From an uncultured Gammaproteobacteria bacterium (GTDB lineage Bacteria > Patescibacteriota > Patescibacteriia > Patescibacteriales > GWC2-42-12): a stretch of DNA of 64,000 nt. The position numbers were made by a program, and so were the translations under genes. Location: positions 29,530 to 93,529 of the forward strand of contig CAZHZE010000003.1 in assembly GCA_964537265.1 (NCBI GenBank), in the 5' to 3' direction. The notes beneath the pieces are model-generated. The model ran no database searches and was not told where the DNA came from. It saw nothing but the letters and a program-made list of their open reading frames with translations. Below, piece after piece: positions 18,385-27,716 of this stretch (positions within the stretch are counted from its first letter, which is position 1; each line of letters begins with the position of its first letter).

Positions 18385-18468
18385 TTATTTATTTTTATCT
18401 TCCCTAAGACCCATGATTAAAAACGCTACGAAAACTCCTACAAAAATTACTGCTATTAATAATATCAT
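18385..18468 (-). CDS. possible 27-aa single-TM micropeptide (absent from the ORF track)
   Basis: Hand translation gives MILLIAVIFVGVFVAFLIMGLREDKNK. The ATG lies 1 nt after the patatin gene stop. There is no other support. Confidence 0.25.
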   Translation of the reverse strand: MILLIAVIFVGVFVAFLIMGLREDKNK

Positions 18469-18469
18469 A

Positions 18470-19276
18470 TTATTTAACTTGCAAAGTTTTTATAATTTGC
18501 GGCAGAGCTTTTTTACCCGCCTCCTCTCCGGCTTGAATAAATCTGCTTATATCCTGGAATCTAAAACTATCCATTGCGCCTCTTAAATCCGGTTTTAATA
18601 AAATTAAATTTTTATTATCGGCTAAATTCAATTTATATTTAACCGCTAAAGTCCGAATAATTTCATATGACTGAAGAAGAGTGGAAACAATATTTGGATT
18701 TTTCATTTCTAAATTCCTTTTTATAACTAAATCAACACCAATTATAATATCCATTCCTTTTCTTTTTAAAACATCCGTCGGCGTAGGATTAACTACTCCC
18801 CCATCTATATAATAATCTTTTTTAATTTTAACTGGCGGGAAAATGCCTGGCACAGCCGAACTGGCCTGCACGGCATCAGCGACTAAACCTTGGGTAAAAA
18901 TTTCCTCTTCGCCAGTTTCTAAATTTGTAGCCACAACATAAACTGGTATTTTGAAATCCTTAAAAGTGGCGTTATTATATACGTCATTAAAAAATTTCTT
19001 TACTTTTACGCCCTTTATCACAGATTGGCGGGAAAAATTAAAATCTAAAATCTGAAATAAATTTCTTTTGCGAGAATATTTTAAAGCGATTTTTTCTATT
19101 TCATCAATAGTATAGCCTAAAGAATAAGCTGAAGCGATAGCCGCGCCCATGCTTACGCCGGCGATGGCGTCAATTTTTATGCCCGCATTTTCCAAAGCCT
19201 TTAATACCCCGAGATGAGCCAACCCTCTGGCTCCGCCGCCGCCTAAAGCAAGACCAATTTTTTTATTTTTATTCAT
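18470..19276 (-). CDS. patatin-like phospholipase
   Basis: Motifs present are the oxyanion hole (GGGGARG), the nucleophile elbow (GVSMG, GxSxG) and a DGG catalytic Asp motif. Confidence 0.85.
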   Translation of the reverse strand: MNKNKKIGLALGGGGARGLAHLGVLKALENAGIKIDAIAGVSMGAAIASAYSLGYTIDEIEKIALKYSRKRNLFQILDFNFSRQSVIKGVKVKKFFNDVYNNATFKDFKIPVYVVATNLETGEEEIFTQGLVADAVQASSAVPGIFPPVKIKKDYYIDGGVVNPTPTDVLKRKGMDIIIGVDLVIKRNLEMKNPNIVSTLLQSYEIIRTLAVKYKLNLADNKNLILLKPDLRGAMDSFRFQDISRFIQAGEEAGKKALPQIIKTLQVK

Positions 19277-19541
19277 TATTTTTATATCGATTCTTTATAA
19301 TTGAAATTATCCATGGCCAATGAAGAATAATATGTAAGATAATAAAAATAATAAATATAACTCCAGCCCAATTATGGATATTTATATAAGTATTTTTTGT
19401 GATTCCAAAAAATTCTTGATAACCTCCGCGCCTAACGCCGTCAGGTAAAAAGAAAAAAATGATTAAGCCAGTTTTAGCTACTACTAGAAAACATAAGGCA
19501 GATAAAAAATCTATTAAAATATTAAATTGATTTTTTTTCAT
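19269..19541 (-). CDS. small integral membrane protein (DUF4405-like)
   Basis: This 90-aa protein has two or three TM helices with conserved His residues (HNWAG, HIILHWPW). Its stop overlaps the patatin gene start by 8 nt. Confidence 0.45.
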   Translation of the reverse strand: MKKNQFNILIDFLSALCFLVVAKTGLIIFFFLPDGVRRGGYQEFFGITKNTYINIHNWAGVIFIIFIILHIILHWPWIISIIKNRYKNNE

Positions 19542-19552
19542 ATATTTATTTT

Positions 19553-20836
19553 TTAAACACCTCTTATTTTAAAAGCTGTGACTAATTTTTCTATGGCTAA
19601 AATATAGGCGGCTGAACGCATATCTATCTTATATTTTTCAGAATATTCATAAACAAGATCGGCGGCGGAATTTATTTTTGTTGACAATCTTTCATTCACT
19701 TTATCTAAATCCCAATAAAAATGACGGATATTTTGCACCCATTCAAAATATGAAACAATGACCCCGCCGGAATTAGCTAAAACGTCGGGAATAATTATTT
19801 TTCCTTTTTTATTTAAAATCTCGTCGGCTTTAAAATCTATCGGGCCGTTAGCCAACTCCATTATCAACTCGGCTGATATTTTTTCAGCGTTATTCTCGGT
19901 GATAACATTTTCAATGGCTGCCGGAACTAAAATTTCTACCGGCAATTCCAATAATTCTTTATTAGAAATATTTTTTCCTCCGGAGAAATTAATTACGCTG
20001 CCAGTAGTATTTCTGTGCTCAATTACTTTTTTTATATCTAAGCCATCATCGTTATATACTCCGCCTTCAAAATCGGAAACCGCAACAATATTATATCCAT
20101 TTTCAGCCGCGATGCGAGAAAAATTCATGCCCACATTTCCAAAACCCTGCACAGCTATTCTAATTTTTCTATCATTAAATTTTAATTTTTTAATTATATT
20201 TTCTAAAACAAAAAATCCGCCACGACCCGTTGCTTCTTCACGACCTAAAGATCCGCCGATTTCAATAGGCTTACCGGTTACTACCGCCGGTTCGTTATAT
20301 CCTTTTAGGCTGCTATATTCATCCATCATCCAGGCCATAACTTGGGCGTTAGTGTTTATGTCCGGCGCAGGAATATCTTTATTCGGTCCGATAAAATCGG
20401 ACATAACACGCATATAACCCCTGGTCAATCTTTCTAATTCGCCATAGCTTAATTCTTTCGGATTGACAGTAATACCGCCTTTAGCTCCACCATAAGGTAT
20501 ATCAGCAACTGAGCATTTAATCGTCATCCAAAACGCTAAAGACTGGACTTCATCTTCATCGACTTGAGGATGATAACGAAGCCCGCCCTTAAAAGGGCCG
20601 CGAATATTATTATGTTGGACTCGATAAGCTGGAAAAATTTTTAAACTGCCGTCATCCATTTTTACCGGCACCGATGCCTGAATAACTCTTTTCGGTGTTT
20701 TTAAAATTTCCATTTCATGGCAGGCAAAGCCAACTTTATTTTCGCAAATAGGCTCATCGCAACTATTATTTATTTTTTTAATAACCTCGCAAGCTTTTTC
20801 TAGTTGGTTTAAACAGGCCTGGTAATTATTGGACAT
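19553..20836 (-). CDS. gdhA: glutamate dehydrogenase (Glu/Leu/Phe/Val dehydrogenase family)
   Basis: Motifs present are KGGLRYHP, the catalytic-Lys box (PYGGAKGG) and the Rossmann segment (VQGFGNVG). Length is 427 aa. Confidence 0.9.
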   Translation of the reverse strand: MSNNYQACLNQLEKACEVIKKINNSCDEPICENKVGFACHEMEILKTPKRVIQASVPVKMDDGSLKIFPAYRVQHNNIRGPFKGGLRYHPQVDEDEVQSLAFWMTIKCSVADIPYGGAKGGITVNPKELSYGELERLTRGYMRVMSDFIGPNKDIPAPDINTNAQVMAWMMDEYSSLKGYNEPAVVTGKPIEIGGSLGREEATGRGGFFVLENIIKKLKFNDRKIRIAVQGFGNVGMNFSRIAAENGYNIVAVSDFEGGVYNDDGLDIKKVIEHRNTTGSVINFSGGKNISNKELLELPVEILVPAAIENVITENNAEKISAELIMELANGPIDFKADEILNKKGKIIIPDVLANSGGVIVSYFEWVQNIRHFYWDLDKVNERLSTKINSAADLVYEYSEKYKIDMRSAAYILAIEKLVTAFKIRGV

Positions 20837-20860
20837 AATTTTAATAATGAAGTTTATAAG

Positions 20861-20931
20861 TTCCGAGGCTAGGATTCGAACCTAGATTACCAGGGCCAGA
20901 ACCTGGCGTCTTACCATTGGACGACCTCGGA
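20861..20931 (-). tRNA. tRNA-Gln (anticodon CUG)
   Basis: I folded the cloverleaf by hand. The acceptor stem is UCCGAGG/CCUCGGA, with a 3-bp D stem (GUC/GAC) as in bacterial tRNA-Gln. The anticodon stem is CCAGG/CCUGG with loop UUCUGGC. The T arm is CUAGG-UUCGAAU-CCUAG and the discriminator is A. CCA is not encoded. Confidence 0.85.
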
Positions 20932-20941
20932 ATATTATCAA

Positions 20942-22549
20942 TCAATTTACAATTTTTCCGCCAAAAGTTTTCAGCAAATTATCAATCATATTGCCTTGCT
21001 CGCCCTGCTCAGGTTCTTTTTTTATAACTAGCGGCTCTTCGGAAACTAATTTGCTAGCCGCTACTTCTAAATTCTCATCAACCACGGCTTCAACCATAAT
21101 CGGCTTTCCATAAACCTGGTTTAAAACTTTTTCTATAATATTTTTTATGGCCGTCTCGCTAACGCGGTCTTTATGAAATTTATATTTGAAAGCCAAACAA
21201 AGCTGATTATCGTTTAACCCACGCGGCTGACAAACGCGTAAAATAAAAGATAAAGAATGATTATACTGCTTAACTTTAGCTAAAACTTCATTCCATTTTT
21301 CCTGAATCTGATTATCGGTTAAATTTATCGGCTCTCCAGTATCTGCTATTTTTTTTTCTTCAATCTTAGATGCGGCCGAAGTATTTTTAACAGCATTAAA
21401 TTTTGACCCGCCGGTAAAGCGCGAATTAACTCCAAGAGTACTTCTAGATACAGTGGCAGCTGTACAAATCTCAGCGATAGCCATTTCTAAAGATAACTGC
21501 TGAATAAAATCATTTTTTAATTCAACCGAAACTTTTATGAATTTTTCTAAAAATTTAAGAACCTGCTCAACGGTTAAATCTTGCGCTAATTTATTTATTT
21601 TTAATTCAAATGTTTCCCCTAGCTCAAGCGACAATTTATTAACTAACCCCGGACTGATTTTCATAAGCATAAGCTTGCGTAAAATTTCTATCGTATCGTT
21701 AACAAATATTTTTAAATCCACGCCATCGTCCATTAATTTATTTACCAATCTTATACCGCCGGCCGCATCTTTCTTAATTAAAAATTCTAATAAATTTATA
21801 ACTTCATTCAAATCTGAACGTGGGATAACGAGGTCAGCTTCTTCTTTAGTTATGGTTGCCCCGCCTATAGCGATAATCTGGCCTAATAGGCTTTCGGCGT
21901 CTCGCATATGACCGTCAGAGTGTCTAGCAATAGCTTCTAAAATATCTTTTTCAATTTTTATTTTTTCTGCCTGCACTATATAAGTTAATTTTCTGACTGC
22001 ATCATTAACGCTGATTCTTTTAAAATCAAAACGCTGGCAGCGCGATATAATAGTAGCCGGAACTTTATGCGCTTCGGTCGTACATAAAATAAAAACTACT
22101 GTCGCCGGCGGTTCTTCTATAACTTTTAATAAAGCATTAAAAGCCTGAGTTGACAGCATATGCACTTCATCAATGATAAAAACTTTATATTTAGAACGAG
22201 ATGGGGCTACGCGGGCGCTAGCTATTATATTATCGCGGACATTATCCACGCCGGTATTTGAAGCTGCGTCAATTTCAATAATATCCAAAGCCCGACCATC
22301 AGTAATCTCTTTACAGCTTAAACATTGGTTGCAAGGATCTGATGAATCCTTTTTTCTTTTCGCGCAATTTATGGATTTAGCAAAAACTCTGGCTAAAGTC
22401 GTTTTGCCAACCGCGCGCGGGCCGCAAAAAAGATAAGCATGGGCAATTTTATTAGTCTTAATTTCCTGCTCTAAAGTTACTTTTATATGATTTTGACCGA
22501 CCACTTCTGTAAAATTTTGCGGTCGATATTTTCGGTATAAAGTAGACAT
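20942..22549 (-). CDS. dnaX: DNA polymerase III subunit gamma/tau
   Basis: Motifs present are Walker A (GPRAVGKTT), Walker B (DEVHML) and sensor (SRCQRF). A Zn module with clustered Cys residues (CNQCLSCKE) is also present. Confidence 0.92.
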   Translation of the reverse strand: MSTLYRKYRPQNFTEVVGQNHIKVTLEQEIKTNKIAHAYLFCGPRAVGKTTLARVFAKSINCAKRKKDSSDPCNQCLSCKEITDGRALDIIEIDAASNTGVDNVRDNIIASARVAPSRSKYKVFIIDEVHMLSTQAFNALLKVIEEPPATVVFILCTTEAHKVPATIISRCQRFDFKRISVNDAVRKLTYIVQAEKIKIEKDILEAIARHSDGHMRDAESLLGQIIAIGGATITKEEADLVIPRSDLNEVINLLEFLIKKDAAGGIRLVNKLMDDGVDLKIFVNDTIEILRKLMLMKISPGLVNKLSLELGETFELKINKLAQDLTVEQVLKFLEKFIKVSVELKNDFIQQLSLEMAIAEICTAATVSRSTLGVNSRFTGGSKFNAVKNTSAASKIEEKKIADTGEPINLTDNQIQEKWNEVLAKVKQYNHSLSFILRVCQPRGLNDNQLCLAFKYKFHKDRVSETAIKNIIEKVLNQVYGKPIMVEAVVDENLEVAASKLVSEEPLVIKKEPEQGEQGNMIDNLLKTFGGKIVN

Positions 22550-22610
22550 GATTATATATTAACGCATTTAGCTTAAATATCAAGTTTCCCTTAAATTCTA
22601 CAATAAAAAA

Positions 22611-22721
22611 TTTTCAATTGCCAATTATCAATTTCCAATGAATTTTCAATATTAAAATTATCAATTGAAAATTAAAACATTAAATCATTGTTTGAAAATT
22701 GAGAATTGAAAATTGAAAATT
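22611..22721. repeat. family A AT-rich palindromic intergenic element (inverted relative to 3061..3150)
   Basis: It contains the reverse complement of the 22-mer from 3067-3088 at 22687-22708. The terminal segments 22611-22619 (ttttcaatt) and 22711-22719 (aattgaaaa) are complementary. The heptamer vocabulary is the same caattNt type. Confidence 0.55.
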
Positions 22722-22769
22722 AAAAAATAATAAACAAATTAATTATCAGTTATTTAATTAATAGTTAAA

Positions 22770-23429
22770 TTATTCCGTTTTTCTAACAATATTCTCTACC
22801 GCTGCCCATTTTGAATCGCCATTTTTCGGAACAAGTATAACGATTTCATCACCGCTCTCGCCTTTATAGTAAGTAACGCTGGCAGTTAAAAGACGCCATT
22901 TTTTACCGTCGGCCAAAGCGATATATTCACCACTGGCAGTTCGTTCTAAAGCTCCGACTACGCGAGCTCTTTCAATCGGCCCAATTTGCTTATAAACAAA
23001 AGTGCCGGTAGCTGTAATGGTCAGCTTTAAAATATCGCCTTCTACTAATTTTGACTTTGAAGCATAATTAGCCGGCACGCTGTATTGTTTGCCGTCCGGG
23101 CCAATCATATTTTCTCCGTCAAAAACACCTTCAATAATTCTACTTTCACCTAGATTCTCTTCATCTGTTTCAAAACTTTCATCGCTCATCTGAGCGATGC
23201 TAATTGAAGCCTCGTCTTCCGGCGATAAACTCCCGGACAAAAGCTGAATTAAGCGCTCGCTATTCTCTTTTATGTTTTGCAAGAGCTTTTTGGTTAAAAT
23301 TATTTTTGATTTTGGTATATTGACAATTTCATCTTTGCCGGCCTTTTTAGAGGAATCGATGTTTAAATATTCTTTATCAGCCTGCAAAGCCAAATCGTCA
23401 TTATTTATATTTTTGTTTTGTTTTGGCAT
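22770..23429 (-). CDS. hypothetical protein (219 aa), acidic N-terminal half and beta-rich C-terminal domain
   Basis: The ORF has coding-like composition. It lies directly downstream of the T4CP-like ATPase gene. I do not recognise the family. Confidence 0.55.
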   Translation of the reverse strand: MPKQNKNINNDDLALQADKEYLNIDSSKKAGKDEIVNIPKSKIILTKKLLQNIKENSERLIQLLSGSLSPEDEASISIAQMSDESFETDEENLGESRIIEGVFDGENMIGPDGKQYSVPANYASKSKLVEGDILKLTITATGTFVYKQIGPIERARVVGALERTASGEYIALADGKKWRLLTASVTYYKGESGDEIVILVPKNGDSKWAAVENIVRKTE

Positions 23430-23493
23430 ATATTTTTGTTTTAAGTTTTAAATTATACTAATTTTAACTAAAAAAACCGATTTTGTAAAGTTA

Positions 23494-26043
23494 TTATAAA
23501 CTTTTCGCCCGATTCATAATCTCAGCTTCAATTATATTTCTATCCTGGCCGTATTTCATCCTGGAAAGAGATTTTATCTTAGCCGCTAATCCTTCCTGTT
23601 TCATGCCCGGCAACGGCCAAATAGTAGACATGGAAAATGGACGCGACGCCGTATTATCAATAAGCAATTTAACATAAGCAGTAAATTTTTCTATATTAAT
23701 CAAATCATACTGATTAAAAACCGGCGCGAATTCCTTAGCCATAGTTTCCGCGTCTTCGGAACCGATTTTAAATAATAGCCAAGTGCCGACATTGCCGAAC
23801 ACGGCATTTTTTATAGAAGTGTCCTGCCCTTTAACTAACTGCCCTAAATACTGATGAGCGATTATTAAATTTAAATTGTATTTTCTGGCTTCACTCAAAA
23901 TAGAATTTATAGAATCAGTAGTAAAATTTTGAAACTCATCAATATATAAATAAAAATCCGCTCTTTTTTCGGTTGGCTGATCAGTTCGAGACAAAGCTGA
24001 CATTAAAATTTTACCTACTAAAATCATGCCTAAAAGATGGGCATTCATTTCACCAATCAAGCCTTTCGATAAATCAACCAATAAAATCTTTTTTGTATCC
24101 ATAACATCGCGCAGATTAAAAGAACTTTTTTGTTGTGCAATAATTGGCCGCATAGTGTCATTAGAAATAAACGAAGTCAATTTAGAAGTAATATACGGCA
24201 CAACATTGGCCAAAGCCGCTTCGCCGCCGGCTTTTTCCGCTTCTTTTCGCCAAAAATCAACCACGGTCGGATCCTGGCATCTAGCCAATTTCATGCGCCT
24301 AAATTCAGGATCAGCTAAAACTTTCGGTATTTCCATTAAAGTTGAGCCGCTCGATGGATCAGACATAACTAAAAGCATGGCATTTCTCATATATTGTTCA
24401 AAGATCGGGCCGCCGGTTGCTTTTAAATCATATAATTTATCAAAAATCTTTATCATTTCATTAATAACAAAAGTTTTTTGTTCCGGATAACGCGAATCAA
24501 ATTCCAAAAGATTTAAAGCTAGAGGACGTTCAATATCGGCCGGAGCGAACAGAATAACATCATTAGCGCGTTCGGGTGGGATACGTTGCATAATATCGGC
24601 GATTAAATCACCATGCGGATCAATAACGCAAACTCCTTCACCATTAATAATATCCTGAATAGCCATGGAAGCTAAAAGCACGGATTTGCCCACGCCTGAT
24701 TTACCGATAACATAAGTATGGCGGCGGCGATCTTCGCGTTTCATTTTAATTTCCGTCATAATGCCGCGATAAATATTTTTTCCTAAAATTATTCCTTCGT
24801 CTGGGATATTAGACGGCGCCGCCGAATATTTTGCCATCAGCCATTGGATGTTTGGGGTTTCCGCTCCCGATAGCGGCGGATGGTATAGGCTGGCCATTTC
24901 TTCAGTATTTAAAATAAAGCTCATGCTCGGTTTAAAACGTCTATAAATAAAATCTTTAATTAAAAATTTTTGAATATATTTATTATAAAAAGGAATTTTA
25001 TTATTAAATATGTTGCCATATTGATAATAATTATATTGGCTAAAAACGCCGATCATATTATTAAGAAAAACTTTAGCGCGCGGGCTATCTTTAGCGCTAG
25101 CAAGCAATCTTATATTTACATCCAAGCCGGCTTTAGAATTTTTTTCTTCGATTAACTTTAAAACTTCCTGCTCCATAGCCGTTAAACGATTTTCTTTTTC
25201 CGGCTTAGAAATTTCATTTTTCGGTTTAGCAGCAGAGATTAAATCGCCAAGCGACATTAAAGCTTTGGCAAATATATTTGTTCTTAAAGCGTCGGATAAT
25301 TTTTTACCCTGATGAACAGTAGAAACCACTCTATTGACTTTATTGTGCCAGCCGGGCTTTGAACTTCTAACTACATATTGTATGGCTATGCTTTCGCCTT
25401 CTTCTAATTTAGACATTGCATTAACTAAAGAATTCAAAGGATCAGCCTCCATTTTATTATAAGTTTTTAAAGGAAAAATAAAATCTCGTTTGGTTTTAAT
25501 AAAGCCGGCCACAGTTTGGCCGCGAGGATTAAAAATATTATAATCAGAGACTTCTTCTAAAACCGCTTCTGGATAAAAAGCGTGAATCTGCTGCTCGACA
25601 TATCGACCCATAGAGCTTGGCGCTACAACATAAAAAGAAATAAACTTATGATCAGCTACAATTTCAAAGGAAAAATGGTCATTTCTTCCTAAAAGCCAAG
25701 AAAAATTTTTATACCAGACCTGCGCCTTTAAGCCGCCGATGGCTTTAAAAATAGTCTCGCCGCGAGCTATATCTTCGCGCAAACGCTGCAAATAATTTTG
25801 AGTGCTGCTAGGCTGCTGTTTTTCTTCTGGCTTTTCTTTGGGAACGCGCAGCAAATATATAGTATGATTATGATATTTTGAATTTAAAGCAAAAAATAAT
25901 ATTATCTTTCTTATTAAAAAAAGAAAAATAACAAATAAAATAATAGATAAAAGATAAATCAGCCAACCGTCAATATTAACGCTTAAGCTAACATCGCTAA
26001 CCACTTGAGTATTTTGCTGCTGCAAACCGTAATCCATAAACAA
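23494..26043 (-). CDS. membrane-anchored FtsK/HerA/TraG-superfamily P-loop ATPase (type IV secretion coupling-protein-like)
   Basis: The protein has an N-terminal TM helix and a ~400-aa unknown domain. The ATPase core follows, with Walker A (IGKSGVGKS) then VIDPHGDL, and Walker B (FYLYIDEFQNF). This arrangement is typical of TraD/VirD4/TraG-like and DUF87-type ATPases. Confidence 0.65.
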   Translation of the reverse strand: MFMDYGLQQQNTQVVSDVSLSVNIDGWLIYLLSIILFVIFLFLIRKIILFFALNSKYHNHTIYLLRVPKEKPEEKQQPSSTQNYLQRLREDIARGETIFKAIGGLKAQVWYKNFSWLLGRNDHFSFEIVADHKFISFYVVAPSSMGRYVEQQIHAFYPEAVLEEVSDYNIFNPRGQTVAGFIKTKRDFIFPLKTYNKMEADPLNSLVNAMSKLEEGESIAIQYVVRSSKPGWHNKVNRVVSTVHQGKKLSDALRTNIFAKALMSLGDLISAAKPKNEISKPEKENRLTAMEQEVLKLIEEKNSKAGLDVNIRLLASAKDSPRAKVFLNNMIGVFSQYNYYQYGNIFNNKIPFYNKYIQKFLIKDFIYRRFKPSMSFILNTEEMASLYHPPLSGAETPNIQWLMAKYSAAPSNIPDEGIILGKNIYRGIMTEIKMKREDRRRHTYVIGKSGVGKSVLLASMAIQDIINGEGVCVIDPHGDLIADIMQRIPPERANDVILFAPADIERPLALNLLEFDSRYPEQKTFVINEMIKIFDKLYDLKATGGPIFEQYMRNAMLLVMSDPSSGSTLMEIPKVLADPEFRRMKLARCQDPTVVDFWRKEAEKAGGEAALANVVPYITSKLTSFISNDTMRPIIAQQKSSFNLRDVMDTKKILLVDLSKGLIGEMNAHLLGMILVGKILMSALSRTDQPTEKRADFYLYIDEFQNFTTDSINSILSEARKYNLNLIIAHQYLGQLVKGQDTSIKNAVFGNVGTWLLFKIGSEDAETMAKEFAPVFNQYDLINIEKFTAYVKLLIDNTASRPFSMSTIWPLPGMKQEGLAAKIKSLSRMKYGQDRNIIEAEIMNRAKSL

Positions 26044-26100
26044 AATAATTTTTAATTTTTAAATATTAAAAATTTTATATTTAAAAATTAAATATAATAC

Positions 26101-26610
26101 TTATTTATAATATTGTCCCTTTATTTTTACAACTTCGTCTGCCTTGATTTTCGCTTCTTGTTCCAAAAAATATTTATTAATTCCAGGGATTAAAGACAAC
26201 CATTTTTTTATCAATCTTATAATTTCCCCAATATTGATCTTAGCCTTAACTAATAATTGATTTATCTTCCCGGCTGTTTCTTCGCCGGTTTTTTTAAATT
26301 CCGCTTTTTTCTCCGGCGTTAAATTTAAATATATTTCTTCTAAATCTTTAGCTAAAATGTTTTCAATCTGCTTCTGCCTTTTCGCTGCTGGAGCAACCAT
26401 AATAGCAGCCTGACCGACGGCAGGCGTTTTAGCATTTAATTCGGTTAAATCAATTTTATTAGCTACATCTTCTTTAATTTTTTCAAAATGGCTGGTTTTT
26501 TCTTTTTCGGTCGCATGCTCTAATTTATGTTTTAAGCTTTCTTTATTCAATGGTTTCTCGCTCAAAGAAAAATTTTTCTCCGCGCTAATTTCCGATTTAA
26601 TATCTGGCAT
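26101..26610 (-). CDS. hypothetical protein (169 aa), Lys/Glu-rich with a C-terminal amphipathic segment
   Basis: The ORF sits immediately upstream of the T4CP-like ATPase on the same strand. I do not recognise the family. Confidence 0.5.
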   Translation of the reverse strand: MPDIKSEISAEKNFSLSEKPLNKESLKHKLEHATEKEKTSHFEKIKEDVANKIDLTELNAKTPAVGQAAIMVAPAAKRQKQIENILAKDLEEIYLNLTPEKKAEFKKTGEETAGKINQLLVKAKINIGEIIRLIKKWLSLIPGINKYFLEQEAKIKADEVVKIKGQYYK

Positions 26611-26678
26611 ATAACAAAAAATTACTATAGTTAAAAGTTCTTATATTATAACATAAAAATTGCCACAATAAAAATACT

Positions 26679-26707
26679 TTGTTGAATTAAGGCAAATATG
26701 TTATAAT
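26679..26707 (+). promoter_or_regulatory. sigma70-type promoter with extended -10 (TTGTTG-17 nt-TGTTATAAT)
   Basis: The -35 is at 26679-26684 and the -10 at 26702-26707, preceded by TGT. It lies 28 nt upstream of the CorA-like ATG, in a divergent intergenic region. Confidence 0.5.
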
Positions 26708-26735
26708 TTATATAATTACTAATTTATTTAAAAAC

Positions 26736-27716
26736 ATGCCAAACTTTAAAAAGATTTCTAAAAATATCCAACGTGTTGTAATCGACAATCCTAAAAAAAA
26801 TTCTCAACTAAATTGGATTAATATTAATAACGCTGGAAAAACAGAGATAGAATATCTAAGAAAAAATTTTAATTTCAAATTATCTCATCTAAGAGCTTCT
26901 TCGGCAAAAGCAAATTCGCAAAGACCAATAATAACAAGGGAAGAAAATTATGTTTTTATAATTTTACATTTTCCTATCTCGCCGGTTAAAGATATCGATA
27001 ACGGCAGAATCAAAGCGGCAGAAATAGAATTTTTTATTGGGCACGGATTTTTAGTTACAATACCTAGCGCAAAAATTGGACCGCTTGATGAACTTTTTAA
27101 TCTCTGTAAAAAAGATAGCCGATCATTTTTATCTTTTGAGCTGGAATCTTCAGCTATTTTACTTTACGAAATTCTAAAAAAACTTCTTGAATATAGCTAT
27201 TTAACTTTAGACGAAAATAGCTTGGCTATTAGCCGCGCTGAACAAATAATTTTTGACGAAGACCAAAAAAAATCAGCCGGTTTGATTTTAAATTTGCGCC
27301 ATAATCTGATTAATATGAGAAAAATAATGCAAAATCATAAAAATATTATGAAACATTTGATGTTGATGGAAAGTCGAATCATCCCGCCTGAATATCTAAA
27401 AAAATATTATGGAGAATTGATAGAACAAACTAAAACATTCTGGGAAACTTTAGAAAATCAAAGGGAGATGGTAGAGGTTCTCCATGATTCTTACGAATCT
27501 CTTTCTAATTATCGTTTAAACAACGCCATGAAAACTTTAACTATTTTTTATGTAACCTTTTCTTCTATGGCATTAGTGGCAGCCATTTTTAGCATTAAAA
27601 CAGAATATGGAATGCCATTTCTAAAATACTCTAATAATTTCTGGGTGGTTGTTCTTATCATGGGCATAGTTGGTTTAGCCATGTTATTGTTATTTAAAAA
27701 GAAAAAGTGGATGTAA
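26736..27716 (+). CDS. CorA-like divalent cation transporter with a variant signature (YGMPF instead of YGMNF)
   Basis: Length is 326 aa. A cytoplasmic alpha/beta plus helical domain is followed by two C-terminal TM helices, with EYGMPF at the end of TM1 and a KKKKW tail. Confidence 0.7.
   Translation: MPNFKKISKNIQRVVIDNPKKNSQLNWININNAGKTEIEYLRKNFNFKLSHLRASSAKANSQRPIITREENYVFIILHFPISPVKDIDNGRIKAAEIEFFIGHGFLVTIPSAKIGPLDELFNLCKKDSRSFLSFELESSAILLYEILKKLLEYSYLTLDENSLAISRAEQIIFDEDQKKSAGLILNLRHNLINMRKIMQNHKNIMKHLMLMESRIIPPEYLKKYYGELIEQTKTFWETLENQREMVEVLHDSYESLSNYRLNNAMKTLTIFYVTFSSMALVAAIFSIKTEYGMPFLKYSNNFWVVVLIMGIVGLAMLLLFKKKKWM

Noticed and set aside
26044-26100. AT-only palindromic sequence (aattttta-aatat-taaaaatt and neighbours) upstream of the T4CP-like gene, considered as a fourth hairpin-element family.
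   Set aside because: The sequence is pure A/T and only ~20-30 nt long. It shares no word with families A-C and cannot be distinguished from ordinary AT-rich promoter DNA.
20861-26610. tRNA-Gln followed by a T4CP-like ATPase, considered as an integrative conjugative element or prophage inserted at a tRNA.
   Set aside because: The essential dnaX gene lies between the tRNA and the ATPase. There is no integrase, relaxase or phage gene. I saw no direct repeat of the tRNA 3' end.
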